A stretch of DNA of 64,000 nucleotides from contig PUJZ01000027.1 in assembly GCA_003550345.1 (NCBI GenBank), forward strand, positions 15,134 through 79,133. The letters are read 5' to 3'. This document shows positions 17,776 to 27,226 of the stretch, piece after piece. The DNA comes from Methanomassiliicoccaceae archaeon. Lineage in GTDB: Archaea > Thermoplasmatota > Thermoplasmata > Methanomassiliicoccales > Methanomethylophilaceae. Made by a program: the position numbers and the translations under genes. Each line of letters begins with the position of its first letter. The first letter of the stretch is position 1. Below the pieces are notes generated by a model that saw nothing but the letters and a program-made list of their open reading frames with translations, had not been told where the DNA came from and made no database searches.

Positions 17776-18405
17776 ATGATGAGGATGGTGGCCCTGCTTT
17801 CCGGCGGGATCGACTCCCCGGTGGCCGCCCATCTCATGGCACGCCGCGGCGCGGAGGTCCTCCTGCTGCACATGGACAACCGTCCCTACAGCGACGGTCG
17901 CAGCGTGGAGAAGGTGGAGCGGGTCGCCTCCCGGCTCCGTGAGCTCCACGGGGGGATGCCTCTGCATCTGGCCGACCACGGCTCCAACCAGGACGACATC
18001 GCCCGCGGCTGTGACCGCGCCTACCAGTGCGTACTGTGCAAGAGGCTCATGCTCGCCAGCGCCGAGGCCTTCGCCGAGAGCGTGGGCGCCGAGGCGCTGG
18101 TGATGGGGGACTCGTTGGGGCAGGTGGCCTCGCAGACTCTGCACAACATAAAGGCGTCCACGGCGGGCGTGAGCATGCCGGTGCTGAGGCCCCTCATCGG
18201 CCTGGACAAGCTGGAGATAGAGGCCGTCGCCAAAGAGATAGGCACCTACGGGCTCTCCATCGGCCCCGAGGCGTCCTGCCGCGCGGTGCCGCCCAAGCCG
18301 GTGACGGCCGCCGACCCTGAGAAGATGAGGGCCATGGAGTCCCGCCTCGACCTCGAGGCAATGGTGGCCAGGACGCTGGGCTCGATCAGGGTCAGTACTG
18401 CCTGA
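17776..18405 (+). CDS. thiI: ThiI-like PP-loop ATP pyrophosphatase, lacking the THUMP/NFLD domains
   Basis: LLSGGIDSPVAAHLM PP-loop, MGDSLGQVASQT, RPLIGLDKLEI. Only 209 aa, so it covers the adenylation domain only. Contains CVLC. Confidence 0.7.
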   Translation: MMRMVALLSGGIDSPVAAHLMARRGAEVLLLHMDNRPYSDGRSVEKVERVASRLRELHGGMPLHLADHGSNQDDIARGCDRAYQCVLCKRLMLASAEAFAESVGAEALVMGDSLGQVASQTLHNIKASTAGVSMPVLRPLIGLDKLEIEAVAKEIGTYGLSIGPEASCRAVPPKPVTAADPEKMRAMESRLDLEAMVARTLGSIRVSTA

Positions 18406-18658
18406 TGGCCGGGCAGGCGTTCAGGTACTCGGGCTCGTAGAGCATGTCCATGGACACCCTGCTGATGTACATGGCCTGCACCCGGGATACGAAGAGGGTG
18501 TTGCCGCCGATCTCGATCCTTAGGTCGGAGCTCTTGGGCGGTTTCATCTCCACCGGCACCATCGCTGGCCCGTAGCAGGAGGTGCAGACACGGTAGTCCT
18601 TGCCGGCGGCCTCCATGTGGTCCTTCACCTCATCGTCCACGGCGATCTTCCTCAACAT
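18392..18658 (-). CDS. hypothetical protein (88 aa) with CxxC
   Basis: GC3-biased ORF with CTSCYGP. Converges on the thiI-like gene with a 14-nt overlap. Confidence 0.45.
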   Translation of the reverse strand: MLRKIAVDDEVKDHMEAAGKDYRVCTSCYGPAMVPVEMKPPKSSDLRIEIGGNTLFVSRVQAMYISRVSMDMLYEPEYLNACPAIRQY

Positions 18659-18729
18659 CGGCGTCGGATTCTGTTAATCATATATAATATGTTCACAAAA
18701 ACTAATAATCCAAGGATGGATTCCTCCGC

Positions 18730-19191
18730 ATGACCCTGGTGCTGGACAGTTCGGCCTTGTTCTCCATGCAGGACCTCCCCGGCGAGGACTGCGTCACCGT
18801 GCCGGGCGTCTGGGACGAGCTCCGCCGCCACAAGGACCCCCGCGCCGCCTATTGGGGGGGGCTTCTGCGCACCGCATCGCCCAGCGATGAGGCGCTGGCG
18901 GTGGTCCGCGGGGCGGCGGAGGACAGCGGCGACCAGGGGAGGATCTCCAGCACCGACTCCGAGCTTCTGGCCCTGGCCTGGGAGCTGAAGGCCCCGCTGC
19001 TCACCGATGACTACTCCATGCAGAACGTCGCGCGGGCCATAGGGGTGCGTTGCATCGCCGTCGGCGCCGAAGGCATCAGGAAGGTCTGGCGCTGGAGATA
19101 TCGTTGCCAGGGCTGCGGACGCAGCGAGGAGAGCGACCTGGGGGACTGCCCGGTCTGCGGCTCGCGGATGAGGAGCGTCCGCAAGCGCTGA
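18730..19191 (+). CDS. nob1: PIN-domain endonuclease Nob1 with C-terminal zinc ribbon
   Basis: VLDSSALF and LTDDYSMQNVA are PIN acidic motifs. CQGCG...CPVCG forms the zinc ribbon. Confidence 0.78.
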   Translation: MTLVLDSSALFSMQDLPGEDCVTVPGVWDELRRHKDPRAAYWGGLLRTASPSDEALAVVRGAAEDSGDQGRISSTDSELLALAWELKAPLLTDDYSMQNVARAIGVRCIAVGAEGIRKVWRWRYRCQGCGRSEESDLGDCPVCGSRMRSVRKR

Positions 19192-20283
19192 TCAGGGGAA
19201 GGGGAAGCGGCAGCGGAGCATCTTCGCCATGCGGCGCCGTCCGAGGGAGAGCATGCACCATTCGGTGCGCAGGTCGGAGCCGAAGGCGAAGGTGTCCGCC
19301 AGCAGCTTGGTCCAGGCGGCGCTGCGCAGCCGGGGGAAGAGCACCCGCCGGCAGGCGTCCTCATAAAGGGAGAGGGGCTCCCCGCGATGCAGGTGCCCGG
19401 CGATGGCCTCGGCGGCGAGTCGGCCACCGATCATCGCCAGCGGCACCCCCCCGCCGTTGACCGCCATCACATGGCCGGCGGCATCGCCCACGGTCAGAAC
19501 GCCCTCGCCGTGTATGGGGGACATCGGGCCCTGGGCGGGGACGTGCTTCCCCCCCAGCCCGCCCCGCAGGTTGAACCCTTGGTCCGCAGCGAAACGGCGG
19601 AAGTACTCCGAGGTGCTGCGCTCCGCCAGGCGGGGGTTGTGGCCCACGCCGACGTTGGCGCCGCCGTCCTTGGGTATTATCCACCCGTAGGCCCCCGGCG
19701 CTATCCCCCCGAAGAACATGGTCAGCACCGGCTCGAAATCCCCCTCCGCCTGGGCGGTGACGGCGGGATACGGGCTCTTGGGCAGGGGAAGCCCCATCTC
19801 CCTCGCCACCCGTGAGCCGGGGCCGTCGGCGCCCACGAGCACCTTGGCCTCGATGGGGCCCTCGGAGGTCTGGAAGAGGCCCCCCTCGCGCCTTTGGAAG
19901 GCGCAGGAGGTGATGAGCTCAGCGCCGGCGGAGACCGCCAGCGATGCCAGGTGCTGGTCGAAGCGGTCCCGGTCGGTGCTGTATCCTTGGAAGGGGATGT
20001 CGTAAGCCCGTCCCTTGGGAGTGACCAGGCGTATGGCCTCGATCTCCCGGCGCCGGAGGCCGGAGGGGGTGTCGAACAGCTCCTCCAGGTCCGCGGAGGC
20101 GGGGAACATGTCGCGGATCTCCTCGATGCTGGGCATGAACTCGCCGCAGCGCACGGGGACGCCCACCCGCGACCTCCTCTCTACCATGGTGACATCCAGC
20201 CCCTGCAGCGCCGCGTAGCGGGCCACGGTGCTGCCCGCGGGTCCGGCGCCGACGACGAGCACATCGGTCTTCAATGCCGACAT
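19192..20283 (-). CDS. geranylgeranyl reductase family FAD-dependent oxidoreductase
   Basis: DVLVVGAGPAGSTVARYAA, VRCGEF, LVGADGPGSRVA, GDAAGHV. Trimmed to ATG 20283 (MSALKTD). Confidence 0.85.
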   Translation of the reverse strand: MSALKTDVLVVGAGPAGSTVARYAALQGLDVTMVERRSRVGVPVRCGEFMPSIEEIRDMFPASADLEELFDTPSGLRRREIEAIRLVTPKGRAYDIPFQGYSTDRDRFDQHLASLAVSAGAELITSCAFQRREGGLFQTSEGPIEAKVLVGADGPGSRVAREMGLPLPKSPYPAVTAQAEGDFEPVLTMFFGGIAPGAYGWIIPKDGGANVGVGHNPRLAERSTSEYFRRFAADQGFNLRGGLGGKHVPAQGPMSPIHGEGVLTVGDAAGHVMAVNGGGVPLAMIGGRLAAEAIAGHLHRGEPLSLYEDACRRVLFPRLRSAAWTKLLADTFAFGSDLRTEWCMLSLGRRRMAKMLRCRFPFP

Positions 20284-20291
20284 GGTGCCAC

Positions 20292-21260
20292 CTACAGCTT
20301 CCTCTCCAGAACGTAGTCCGCCAATGCCGTCAGGGAGTCCCGGAACCGGGAGGGCGGCACCCCCTCGAGGTACTCCTTGGCCTCGTGGACGAACTCGCGG
20401 GCGTGCTCGCGGCACAGCTCCAGCACGTCAGTGGAGCGGATGAGGTCCAGGGCCTCGGCCACATCAGCGTCGCTCTTATGCTTGAGCGCGAATATCTCCT
20501 GGACCCTCGGGCCCGCATCATCGTCCCGCATGGCCATTATTATGGGCAGCGTCGGCTTGCCCTCGTAGATGTCGATGCCGGAGACCTTGCCGGTCCTCGA
20601 CTCGTCGCCCTCGATGTCGAGGATGTCGTCGGCTATCTGGAACGCGAGGCCGATGTTGAGGCCGTAGCCCCCCATGGCCTCGATCATCGGCGAGTCGGCT
20701 CCGGCCAGGTAGGCGCCCACCCTCGCCCCGGCGGCGATGGGCTTGGCGGTCTTGCCCTCGATTATCCGCCGGTAGACCTCCATCGAGGTCTCGGAGCGGC
20801 GCTCGTGGTCCGATTGGATGAACTCCCCCTCCGCCATGGCGTTGCATGCGTCGGCGATGGCGTTGACCACCTCCTCGTCCAACGTGCCGCCGAGACGGAA
20901 GCCCTGCACGAAGAGGAAGTCGCCGGCGATTATCGCCTTGGGGACGGTGAAGCGCCGGTGGGCGGTGAGCTGGCCGCGGCGCAGCTCGCTGTCGTCGTTG
21001 ATGTCGTCGTGCAGGAGGGTGGCGCTGTGGATGAGCTCGAAGGCGGTTGCCGTCCTGATGATCTTGCTGGGGTCCTCGCCTCCGGAGGCGAGGAAGGCCA
21101 ATATGCAAACCCCCGGGCGCAGCCTTTTGCCGCCGGAGTCCAATATGTGGCGGCATATCTCCGTCAGCTCCGGCTGGCTGGAGGCGATGCTCTCCTCCAT
21201 CAGCTCGTCCACCCGGCGGAGCTGGTCCTTGATGGCCGCGTCCCAGGTCTGACCCATCAT
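20292..21260 (-). CDS. idsA: polyprenyl (geranylgeranyl) diphosphate synthase
   Basis: FARM LLHDDINDDSELRRG and SARM FQIADDILD. I prefer ATG 21260 (MMGQTW) over the TTG at 21305 in the ORF track. Confidence 0.88.
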   Translation of the reverse strand: MMGQTWDAAIKDQLRRVDELMEESIASSQPELTEICRHILDSGGKRLRPGVCILAFLASGGEDPSKIIRTATAFELIHSATLLHDDINDDSELRRGQLTAHRRFTVPKAIIAGDFLFVQGFRLGGTLDEEVVNAIADACNAMAEGEFIQSDHERRSETSMEVYRRIIEGKTAKPIAAGARVGAYLAGADSPMIEAMGGYGLNIGLAFQIADDILDIEGDESRTGKVSGIDIYEGKPTLPIIMAMRDDDAGPRVQEIFALKHKSDADVAEALDLIRSTDVLELCREHAREFVHEAKEYLEGVPPSRFRDSLTALADYVLERKL

Positions 21261-21302
21261 CGGCTGATAATGATACGGCCTACTTAAGGCTTGCTGGATG
21301 TA

Positions 21303-21316
21303 CAATAAAATGGAAA
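21303..21316 (-). terminator. candidate oligo-T terminator after nuoN
   Basis: The minus strand reads TTTCCATTTTATTG about 30 nt after the nuoN stop. Confidence 0.25.
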
Positions 21317-21345
21317 GGGGTTGGGTTTGGTTAAGGTGTTTCCTC

Positions 21346-22803
21346 TCAGCCCATCAGGGCGGTGGCGGCATTCTCGCACAGGGTGATCACCGGCTCGGGG
21401 AACACGCCTATGGCGATGACGGCGACGAGGCATATCAGTATGGCCGCCATGAAGGGCATGGGGACCTTGATGGGCTCGATGCTCTCGCCCTCGTCGACGT
21501 ACATGAACTTCACCACCCTCGCGTAGTAGTACAGCGAGATGGCGCTGTTTATGACCGCCACGAAGACCAGCCATATCCACTGCGTCTCCACCAGCTCGCC
21601 GGGGAAGCCCACCGCGCTGGAGAACAGCACGAACTTGCTGACGAAACCGGCCAGCGGCGGAACCCCCGCCAGGGCGAAGAGGAATATCAGCATGGCGAAC
21701 GCCAGCACCGGAGCCCTCTTGGCCAGGCCCTTGTAGTCGCTGAGCTTCTCCCCCATGGAGAGGTAGCAGAGCGCGGCCACGATGATGAAGGCGCCCCCCT
21801 TCATGAACACATGGGTGATCATGTGGAACAGGCCTCCGGTCAGCGCGTAGGGCGTCATTATGGCCAGGACCATCATCAGATAGCCCCCCTGGGCGATGCT
21901 GGAGTAGGCCAGCAGCCTCTTCATGTTCGTCTGCGACAGGGCCACGACGTTGCCCACGGTCATGGTGATGGCCGCGAGTACGGCGAAGGCGTACTGCACG
22001 TCGCTGACCAGGGTTGCCTGGGCGGCGATGAAGCCGACGAGGAATATCTTGAAGAACGCCACGAAGCCCATCTTCTTGGAGCCCACCGCCAGGAAGGTGG
22101 TGACCGGAGCGGTCGCGCCTTCGTAGACGTCGGGGGCCCACATGTGGAAGGGGACGGTGGTTATCTTGAATCCCAGACCGGCTATGATCATCGCCACCGA
22201 TATCAGCAGGCCGCCGGTGGGGGCGGCGCCGATGGCGAGGGCTATGGCCTCCAGGTTGGTGGTCTGCGTCACGCCGTAGAGCAGCGAGAAGCCGTAGAGG
22301 GTCAATGCGGTGGACAGGCCGCCGATGACCAGGTACTTCACCGCCGCCTCAGCGGCGCGGGGGTCGTTCTTGCGGAACGCCACCAGCGCGTACGAGGATA
22401 TGCTCGTCAGCTCGACACCGACGAATATCCCGATGAGGTCCTCGGCGCAGGCCACGAACATCATACCGGCGGTGGCCGCCAGCAACAGCGCGTAGTACTC
22501 GCCGTGGTGGCGGTCGCGCTCCACGCTCTTCAGGGAGGCGAGCAGCACCAGCAGCGCCACCATTAGGAACATCCCGGTGAGCAGCAGCGAGAACTCGTCC
22601 ACCGCGTAGACGTCGAGGAAGCTCCCTGTGACGCCCTCCATCATCATCCAGCCCAGGTAAAGGCCGGCCGCAAGCACCGAGACGATCGAGAACATCCCGA
22701 CCAGCTTGTCGTTCCTGGTGAGGAAGTACAGTCCCGGTACCAGCAGCGCCGCCGCCAGCACTATCAGCTGCGGGGCTATCAGGGTGAAGTCAGGCATCGT
22801 CAC
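21346..22803 (-). CDS. nuoN: NADH-quinone oxidoreductase / Fpo-like complex subunit N
   Basis: 485-aa polytopic antiporter-like protein, last gene of the nuo cluster. Overlaps the nuoM stop. Confidence 0.88.
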   Translation of the reverse strand: MTMPDFTLIAPQLIVLAAALLVPGLYFLTRNDKLVGMFSIVSVLAAGLYLGWMMMEGVTGSFLDVYAVDEFSLLLTGMFLMVALLVLLASLKSVERDRHHGEYYALLLAATAGMMFVACAEDLIGIFVGVELTSISSYALVAFRKNDPRAAEAAVKYLVIGGLSTALTLYGFSLLYGVTQTTNLEAIALAIGAAPTGGLLISVAMIIAGLGFKITTVPFHMWAPDVYEGATAPVTTFLAVGSKKMGFVAFFKIFLVGFIAAQATLVSDVQYAFAVLAAITMTVGNVVALSQTNMKRLLAYSSIAQGGYLMMVLAIMTPYALTGGLFHMITHVFMKGGAFIIVAALCYLSMGEKLSDYKGLAKRAPVLAFAMLIFLFALAGVPPLAGFVSKFVLFSSAVGFPGELVETQWIWLVFVAVINSAISLYYYARVVKFMYVDEGESIEPIKVPMPFMAAILICLVAVIAIGVFPEPVITLCENAATALMG

Positions 22804-24317
22804 AGGAACACCTCCAGAACGGCGGCCAGATCACTGGCGTAGGGGAATATGAAGTCCCATGCCAGGGCAGGGAATATCCCGAACAGCGCGATCAGCCCGC
22901 ATAGCGCGGCGAGGGAGACCCCCTCGTAGACGCTGACGTCGTGCACCTTGCTGGTGTCGATCTTGTCCGTCAGGGGGCCGAATATGCTCCTCTGCATCGC
23001 CCACAGGTAGTAACCGGCGGTGAGAAGCAGGGATGCCAGCGCTATGATTATGGTCCAGACGACGCCCTCGCTGAGGCCCCAGTTGTAGAAGGCCACCAGG
23101 ATGTTGAACTCCGCCACGAAGCCCACCAGGCTGGGGAGCCCGAGGGACGCCATGAAGCCTATCATCATGAAGGCTGCGTAGTTGGGCATCTTCTCGGCCA
23201 GGCCGCCCAGGAGCGGTATCTGCCGGGTGCCGACGTTGTGGCCCGCAATGCCGCAGACCATGAAGAGCACCGCGGTGATCAGACCGTGGGCGAACATCTG
23301 GAAGGCGCCGGCGGCGATCCCGATGTCGCTCAGGGTGGCGATGCCGAGGAGGACCATGCCCATGTGGCTGATGGACGAGAACGCCACCAGCTTCTTCAGG
23401 TCGCGCTGCGCGATGCACGCCAGCGCGCCGTAGACGATGGCCACCAAGGCTATCACGATCATCGGCACCTGCCAGGCCACGGCCCCTTCGGGGAGCACCT
23501 CCAGGCATATCCTGATTATGCCGTACGTACCCATCTTCAGCATCACACCGGCCAGCAGCACGCTGCCGGCGGTGGGCGCCTCGACGTGGGCGTCCGGCAA
23601 CCAGGTGTGGAAGGGCACGATGGGCATCTTCACGGCGAAGCCGAAGAAGAGCATGCCGAACACCAGGACCTGGAAGCCCTGGGTGAACAGCGCCGCCGCC
23701 GCGCTGACGTCCGCGAACGCGAACGAGAGCTGGCCGGTGCCGGCCACCGCGGCCGACTCGATGACCAGCGCGAATATGCCGATCATCATGACCAGGCTCG
23801 ACACGTGCGTGTAGATGAAGAACTTGATCGCCGCGTAGTGCCTCTTCGGACCTCCCCATATGTTGATGAGGAAGTACATGGGGACCAGCGCCACCTCCCA
23901 GAATATGAAGAAGAGGAAGTAGTCCATCGCCATGAAGACGCCCAGCAGGCCGACCTGCATCCCCAGCAGGAGTGCGAAGAAGAAGTTGGGCCTCTCCTTC
24001 TCCTCCCAGGAGAACAGCACGACCAGGAACATCAGCACATTGGTGAGCAGGACCATTATCAGGCTCAGGCCGTCGAGTCCCACTATGTACTGGATGCTCA
24101 GGAACGATGTCTCTATCCACGCGTACTGGTCCACGAACTGGTATCCTGACGACGCGTCGAAGGCGGTCACCAGGTACAGCGTCACCGCCAGCGGCAGGGC
24201 GGTGAACGCCAGTGCCACGTAGCGGGCGTACTTGGCCAGGTCGCCGGCCATCGCCAGCGCCAGCACCGCTCCCACCAGAGGGGTGAAGAGCACCAATGAA
24301 AGAATCATGTCGGTCAT
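22800..24317 (-). CDS. nuoM: Nuo/Fpo-like complex subunit M
   Basis: 505-aa antiporter-like protein with WLPDAHVEAPTAGSVLLAG. Confidence 0.9.
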   Translation of the reverse strand: MTDMILSLVLFTPLVGAVLALAMAGDLAKYARYVALAFTALPLAVTLYLVTAFDASSGYQFVDQYAWIETSFLSIQYIVGLDGLSLIMVLLTNVLMFLVVLFSWEEKERPNFFFALLLGMQVGLLGVFMAMDYFLFFIFWEVALVPMYFLINIWGGPKRHYAAIKFFIYTHVSSLVMMIGIFALVIESAAVAGTGQLSFAFADVSAAAALFTQGFQVLVFGMLFFGFAVKMPIVPFHTWLPDAHVEAPTAGSVLLAGVMLKMGTYGIIRICLEVLPEGAVAWQVPMIVIALVAIVYGALACIAQRDLKKLVAFSSISHMGMVLLGIATLSDIGIAAGAFQMFAHGLITAVLFMVCGIAGHNVGTRQIPLLGGLAEKMPNYAAFMMIGFMASLGLPSLVGFVAEFNILVAFYNWGLSEGVVWTIIIALASLLLTAGYYLWAMQRSIFGPLTDKIDTSKVHDVSVYEGVSLAALCGLIALFGIFPALAWDFIFPYASDLAAVLEVFL

Positions 24318-24318
24318 C

Positions 24319-26355
24319 TCAGGCCCCTCCTGTGATCCAGCCGATGATGTAGATCAGGGCGATCAGCACCACCACGCCTCCCACCACGAAGGCGGCGTAG
24401 GTCTGCAGGAAGCCGGTCTGTATCCGGCGCAGCATCTGCGAGCCTCCGGTGAGGGAGTTGGCTATGCCGTCGACGCTGCCGTCGACGGCCTTTCGGTCGA
24501 CCTCCTCGACGGCCATGGCCGCCGGGTATGCCATCTTCAGCGCTATGCCGTCATAGAACTGCGGGAAGTAGTACCTCCTCTGCAGCAGCTGGTACAGGGC
24601 CGACTGCCCGTCGCGGTTGAAGCGGCCGGGGTCGAGGTCCCTGACGTAGTACATGCGGTACGCCGCATAGATGCCGAGCAGGGCTATGACGATCGCCAGA
24701 TAGGCGTAGGGGCTGGTGAATATCTTCTCCAGCACATCGAGCATCGCGTAGCCTCCGCCTCCGACGACGAACTCCCCGGCGACGTATTGGAACGTCATCG
24801 TGGTGTTGAAGCCGAAGAGGATGGCGAAGCCCGAGAGGGCGGCGAAGACGGAGAGCGCTATCAGCGGATAGCTCATCACCGGCGGCGACTCGCCGTGGCA
24901 ATGCTTGCTCGCCTCGCCCTCCTCGCCGCAGAAGGTCATGAACCAGAGACGGAACATGTAGAAGGCGGTCATGAACGCGGTGGCCAGCGCCAGCAGGTAC
25001 AGCAGCAGGAATATCATCGCCGCTGGCTCGCTGCTCTCGGCGACGACGAGCACCGACTCAAGGACGAAGTCCTTGGACCAGAACCCGGCGAAGACCGGTA
25101 TGCCGGCGATGGACAGCGTTCCTATCAGCATTGTGATGGAGGTGATGCCCATCCGCTTGCGCAGCCCGCCCATCTGCCGCATGTCCTCGGAGCCGACGGC
25201 GTGTATCACCGATCCAGCGCCGAGGAAGAGCAGGGCCTTGAAGAAGGCGTGGTTCATCATGTGGAAGACTCCAGCGGTGTAGCCGAACGCCTTGGCGCCG
25301 GAGACGTCCACGCCGCCGGCGACGCCGGTGGCGACCACGTAGCCCCCCGCCCCCAGCGCCAGGATCATGAATCCCAGCTGGGAAAGGGTGGAGTAGGCCA
25401 GTACCCTCTTTATGTTCATGTTGTTGAGAGCCATGGTGGCCGCGTAGAACGCGGTCACGCCGCCGATGATGGCCACGAAGAGCATCACGTCGGCGCTCTG
25501 GACGAAGAGCGGGAAGGAGCGGGCGGTGAGGTAGACACCGGCCTTGACCATCGTCGCCGCGTGTATAAGGGCGGAGACGGTGGTGGGCCCCTCCATCGCG
25601 TCCGGCAACCAGTCGTGCAGCGGGAACTGCGCGCTCTTGCCGATGACGCCGCCGAATATCAGCACCGAGCCCAAGGCCACGGCCGAGCTGTCAGCGGCTG
25701 CGAGCGTGGCGGCCGAGAACAGCTCCGCGTAGTTGAGGGTGCCGAACTCGTTGAGCAGGACGAAGAGACCTGCCAACAGGGCGACGTCGCCCATCCTGGT
25801 CACCAGGAAGGCCTTCTTGGCCGCCGAGGCGGCGGCCGCCGATGCCTTCTCCCCCTTGGGGTGCTTGAAGCCCCAGAAGCCGATGAGCAGGTAGGAGCAG
25901 AGACCGACGATCTCCCAGAAGATGAACATCTGCAGGAAGTTGCTGGCCATGACCAGGCCGAGCATCGCCGTCAGGAAGAGGGAGACCTTGGTGTAGTACC
26001 TCCTCTTCTTCTCGCCCTCATCGTGCATATAGCCGATGGAGTAGATGAATATCAGAGTGCTGATGAGGGACGCGAAGACCATCATCAGCACCGCAAGGTT
26101 GTCCAGGTAGAGGCCGAAGTCCAGGGTTATCCCCTGGGAGATCTGCAGCCACAGCACCTGGTCCACGTAGGGGGCGGTTACCCTCCCCGTAAGTACCTCA
26201 TACGCCACCAGGGCGGAGAGCACGAAGGCCAGGCCGGCGGCGCCGACCGCGATGTACCCCCCTCCCTCCGGGGTCCGGTGTCCGAAGAAACCGATGACCA
26301 GGAAGGCCACCAGCGGTATGATGGGTATCAGCCATGCGTATTCAGTGAACATCAT
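24319..26355 (-). CDS. nuoL: Nuo/Fpo-like complex subunit L
   Basis: 678 aa. WLPDAMEGPTTVSALIHAATMV, plus the long C-terminal extension typical of NuoL. Confidence 0.9.
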   Translation of the reverse strand: MMFTEYAWLIPIIPLVAFLVIGFFGHRTPEGGGYIAVGAAGLAFVLSALVAYEVLTGRVTAPYVDQVLWLQISQGITLDFGLYLDNLAVLMMVFASLISTLIFIYSIGYMHDEGEKKRRYYTKVSLFLTAMLGLVMASNFLQMFIFWEIVGLCSYLLIGFWGFKHPKGEKASAAAASAAKKAFLVTRMGDVALLAGLFVLLNEFGTLNYAELFSAATLAAADSSAVALGSVLIFGGVIGKSAQFPLHDWLPDAMEGPTTVSALIHAATMVKAGVYLTARSFPLFVQSADVMLFVAIIGGVTAFYAATMALNNMNIKRVLAYSTLSQLGFMILALGAGGYVVATGVAGGVDVSGAKAFGYTAGVFHMMNHAFFKALLFLGAGSVIHAVGSEDMRQMGGLRKRMGITSITMLIGTLSIAGIPVFAGFWSKDFVLESVLVVAESSEPAAMIFLLLYLLALATAFMTAFYMFRLWFMTFCGEEGEASKHCHGESPPVMSYPLIALSVFAALSGFAILFGFNTTMTFQYVAGEFVVGGGGYAMLDVLEKIFTSPYAYLAIVIALLGIYAAYRMYYVRDLDPGRFNRDGQSALYQLLQRRYYFPQFYDGIALKMAYPAAMAVEEVDRKAVDGSVDGIANSLTGGSQMLRRIQTGFLQTYAAFVVGGVVVLIALIYIIGWITGGA

Positions 26356-26359
26356 GTCT

Positions 26360-26662
26360 TTACCACCTCAGGATGTTGATTTCTTCGAGGTCGGTCGTCC
26401 CGCTGGTCTTGTAGAGGTTCAGCAGTATGGCTATGCCCACCGCGACCTCCGCCGCCGCCACCGATATCGCCATTATGACGAACACCTGCCCGGCGACGTC
26501 GTTGAAGAACGCCGCGAAGGCGATGAAGTTGATGTTGGCGGCGTTGAGCATCATCTCGATGCACATCAGCACGACAAGGCCGTTCTTCTTGGTCAGCACC
26601 CCGTAGGCGCCGACGGCGAAGAGGACCGCTGAGAGCCCCAGGAACATCTCTATGGGTATCAT
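26360..26662 (-). CDS. nuoK: Nuo/Fpo-like complex subunit K
   Basis: 100 aa with three TM helices. IEMMLNAANINF matches the NuoK motif. Confidence 0.88.
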   Translation of the reverse strand: MIPIEMFLGLSAVLFAVGAYGVLTKKNGLVVLMCIEMMLNAANINFIAFAAFFNDVAGQVFVIMAISVAAAEVAVGIAILLNLYKTSGTTDLEEINILRW

Positions 26663-26919
26663 GGCGCATCCTCCTTGGCCAGATAGACGCCGCCCAGGAT
26701 GGCGGCGAACATGAGCACCCCCATCACTATGACCACCGCGCCGTACTCCTCGAAGAGCGCGTGGTTGAGGTCGCCGGGCGACATCTCGCCCTCGGCGGGG
26801 TCGAACGGTATGCCGTGTATGGTCTCGCCAGCGTCCCAGTCGACGGTGGCGGCGGTACCGAGAAGCAGCGCCCCCAGGGCTATCGCCAGGATCAGCGCCG
26901 CGGCCGTCTTCCTACTCAT
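26659..26919 (-). CDS. nuoJ: Nuo/Fpo-like complex subunit J, C-terminal piece (J2)
   Basis: LFEEYGAVVIVMGVLMFAAILGGVYLA matches the NuoJ C-terminal helix. ATG 26919 (alternative GTG 26928) overlaps the J1 stop. Confidence 0.65.
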   Translation of the reverse strand: MSRKTAAALILAIALGALLLGTAATVDWDAGETIHGIPFDPAEGEMSPGDLNHALFEEYGAVVIVMGVLMFAAILGGVYLAKEDAP

Positions 26920-27226
26920 TGAGGTCACCCCCGATTATGTTCCTCCTGGTCAGCATGATGCTGAAGGCGAAGAGGATGGTGATGGCGCCGACGTAGACCA
27001 TGAGCTGAATGACGGCTATGTACTCCGCATTCAGGAAGAAGTAAACGGCGTCCACCCCCACGAAGGTCAGTGCCAGGTAGAACGCGCTGTGCACCACCTC
27101 CTTCGAGATTACCACGTATATCGCCGCGGCAACGGTTATGGCCGCCGCCACCAGGAAGAAGAAGGTGTCCAGGCCGATCCAGCTGAGGTCCATGCCCAGC
27201 AGGTCGCTTGTGTCAATTCCGAACAT
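26912..27226 (-). CDS. nuoJ: Nuo/Fpo-like complex subunit J, N-terminal piece (J1)
   Basis: AAIYVVISKEVVHSAFYLALTFVGVDAVYFFLNAEYIAVIQLMVYVGAITILFAF is the conserved NuoJ core. ATG 27226 overlaps the nuoI stop by 1 nt. Confidence 0.75.
   Translation of the reverse strand: MFGIDTSDLLGMDLSWIGLDTFFFLVAAAITVAAAIYVVISKEVVHSAFYLALTFVGVDAVYFFLNAEYIAVIQLMVYVGAITILFAFSIMLTRRNIIGGDLNE

Noticed and set aside
16320-17879. 519-aa minus-strand ORF spanning the METTL5-like, csl4, small-ORF and thiI-like region
   Set aside because: It crosses an AT-rich intergenic spacer and overlaps four plus-strand genes, three of them with diagnostic motifs (NPPF, Csl4 zinc ribbon, PP-loop). GC-driven artefact.
24232-26379. 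715-aa ORF antisense to nuoL
   Set aside because: Same reasoning. nuoL on the minus strand has clear antiporter motifs, and the plus-strand product is a charged low-complexity sequence.
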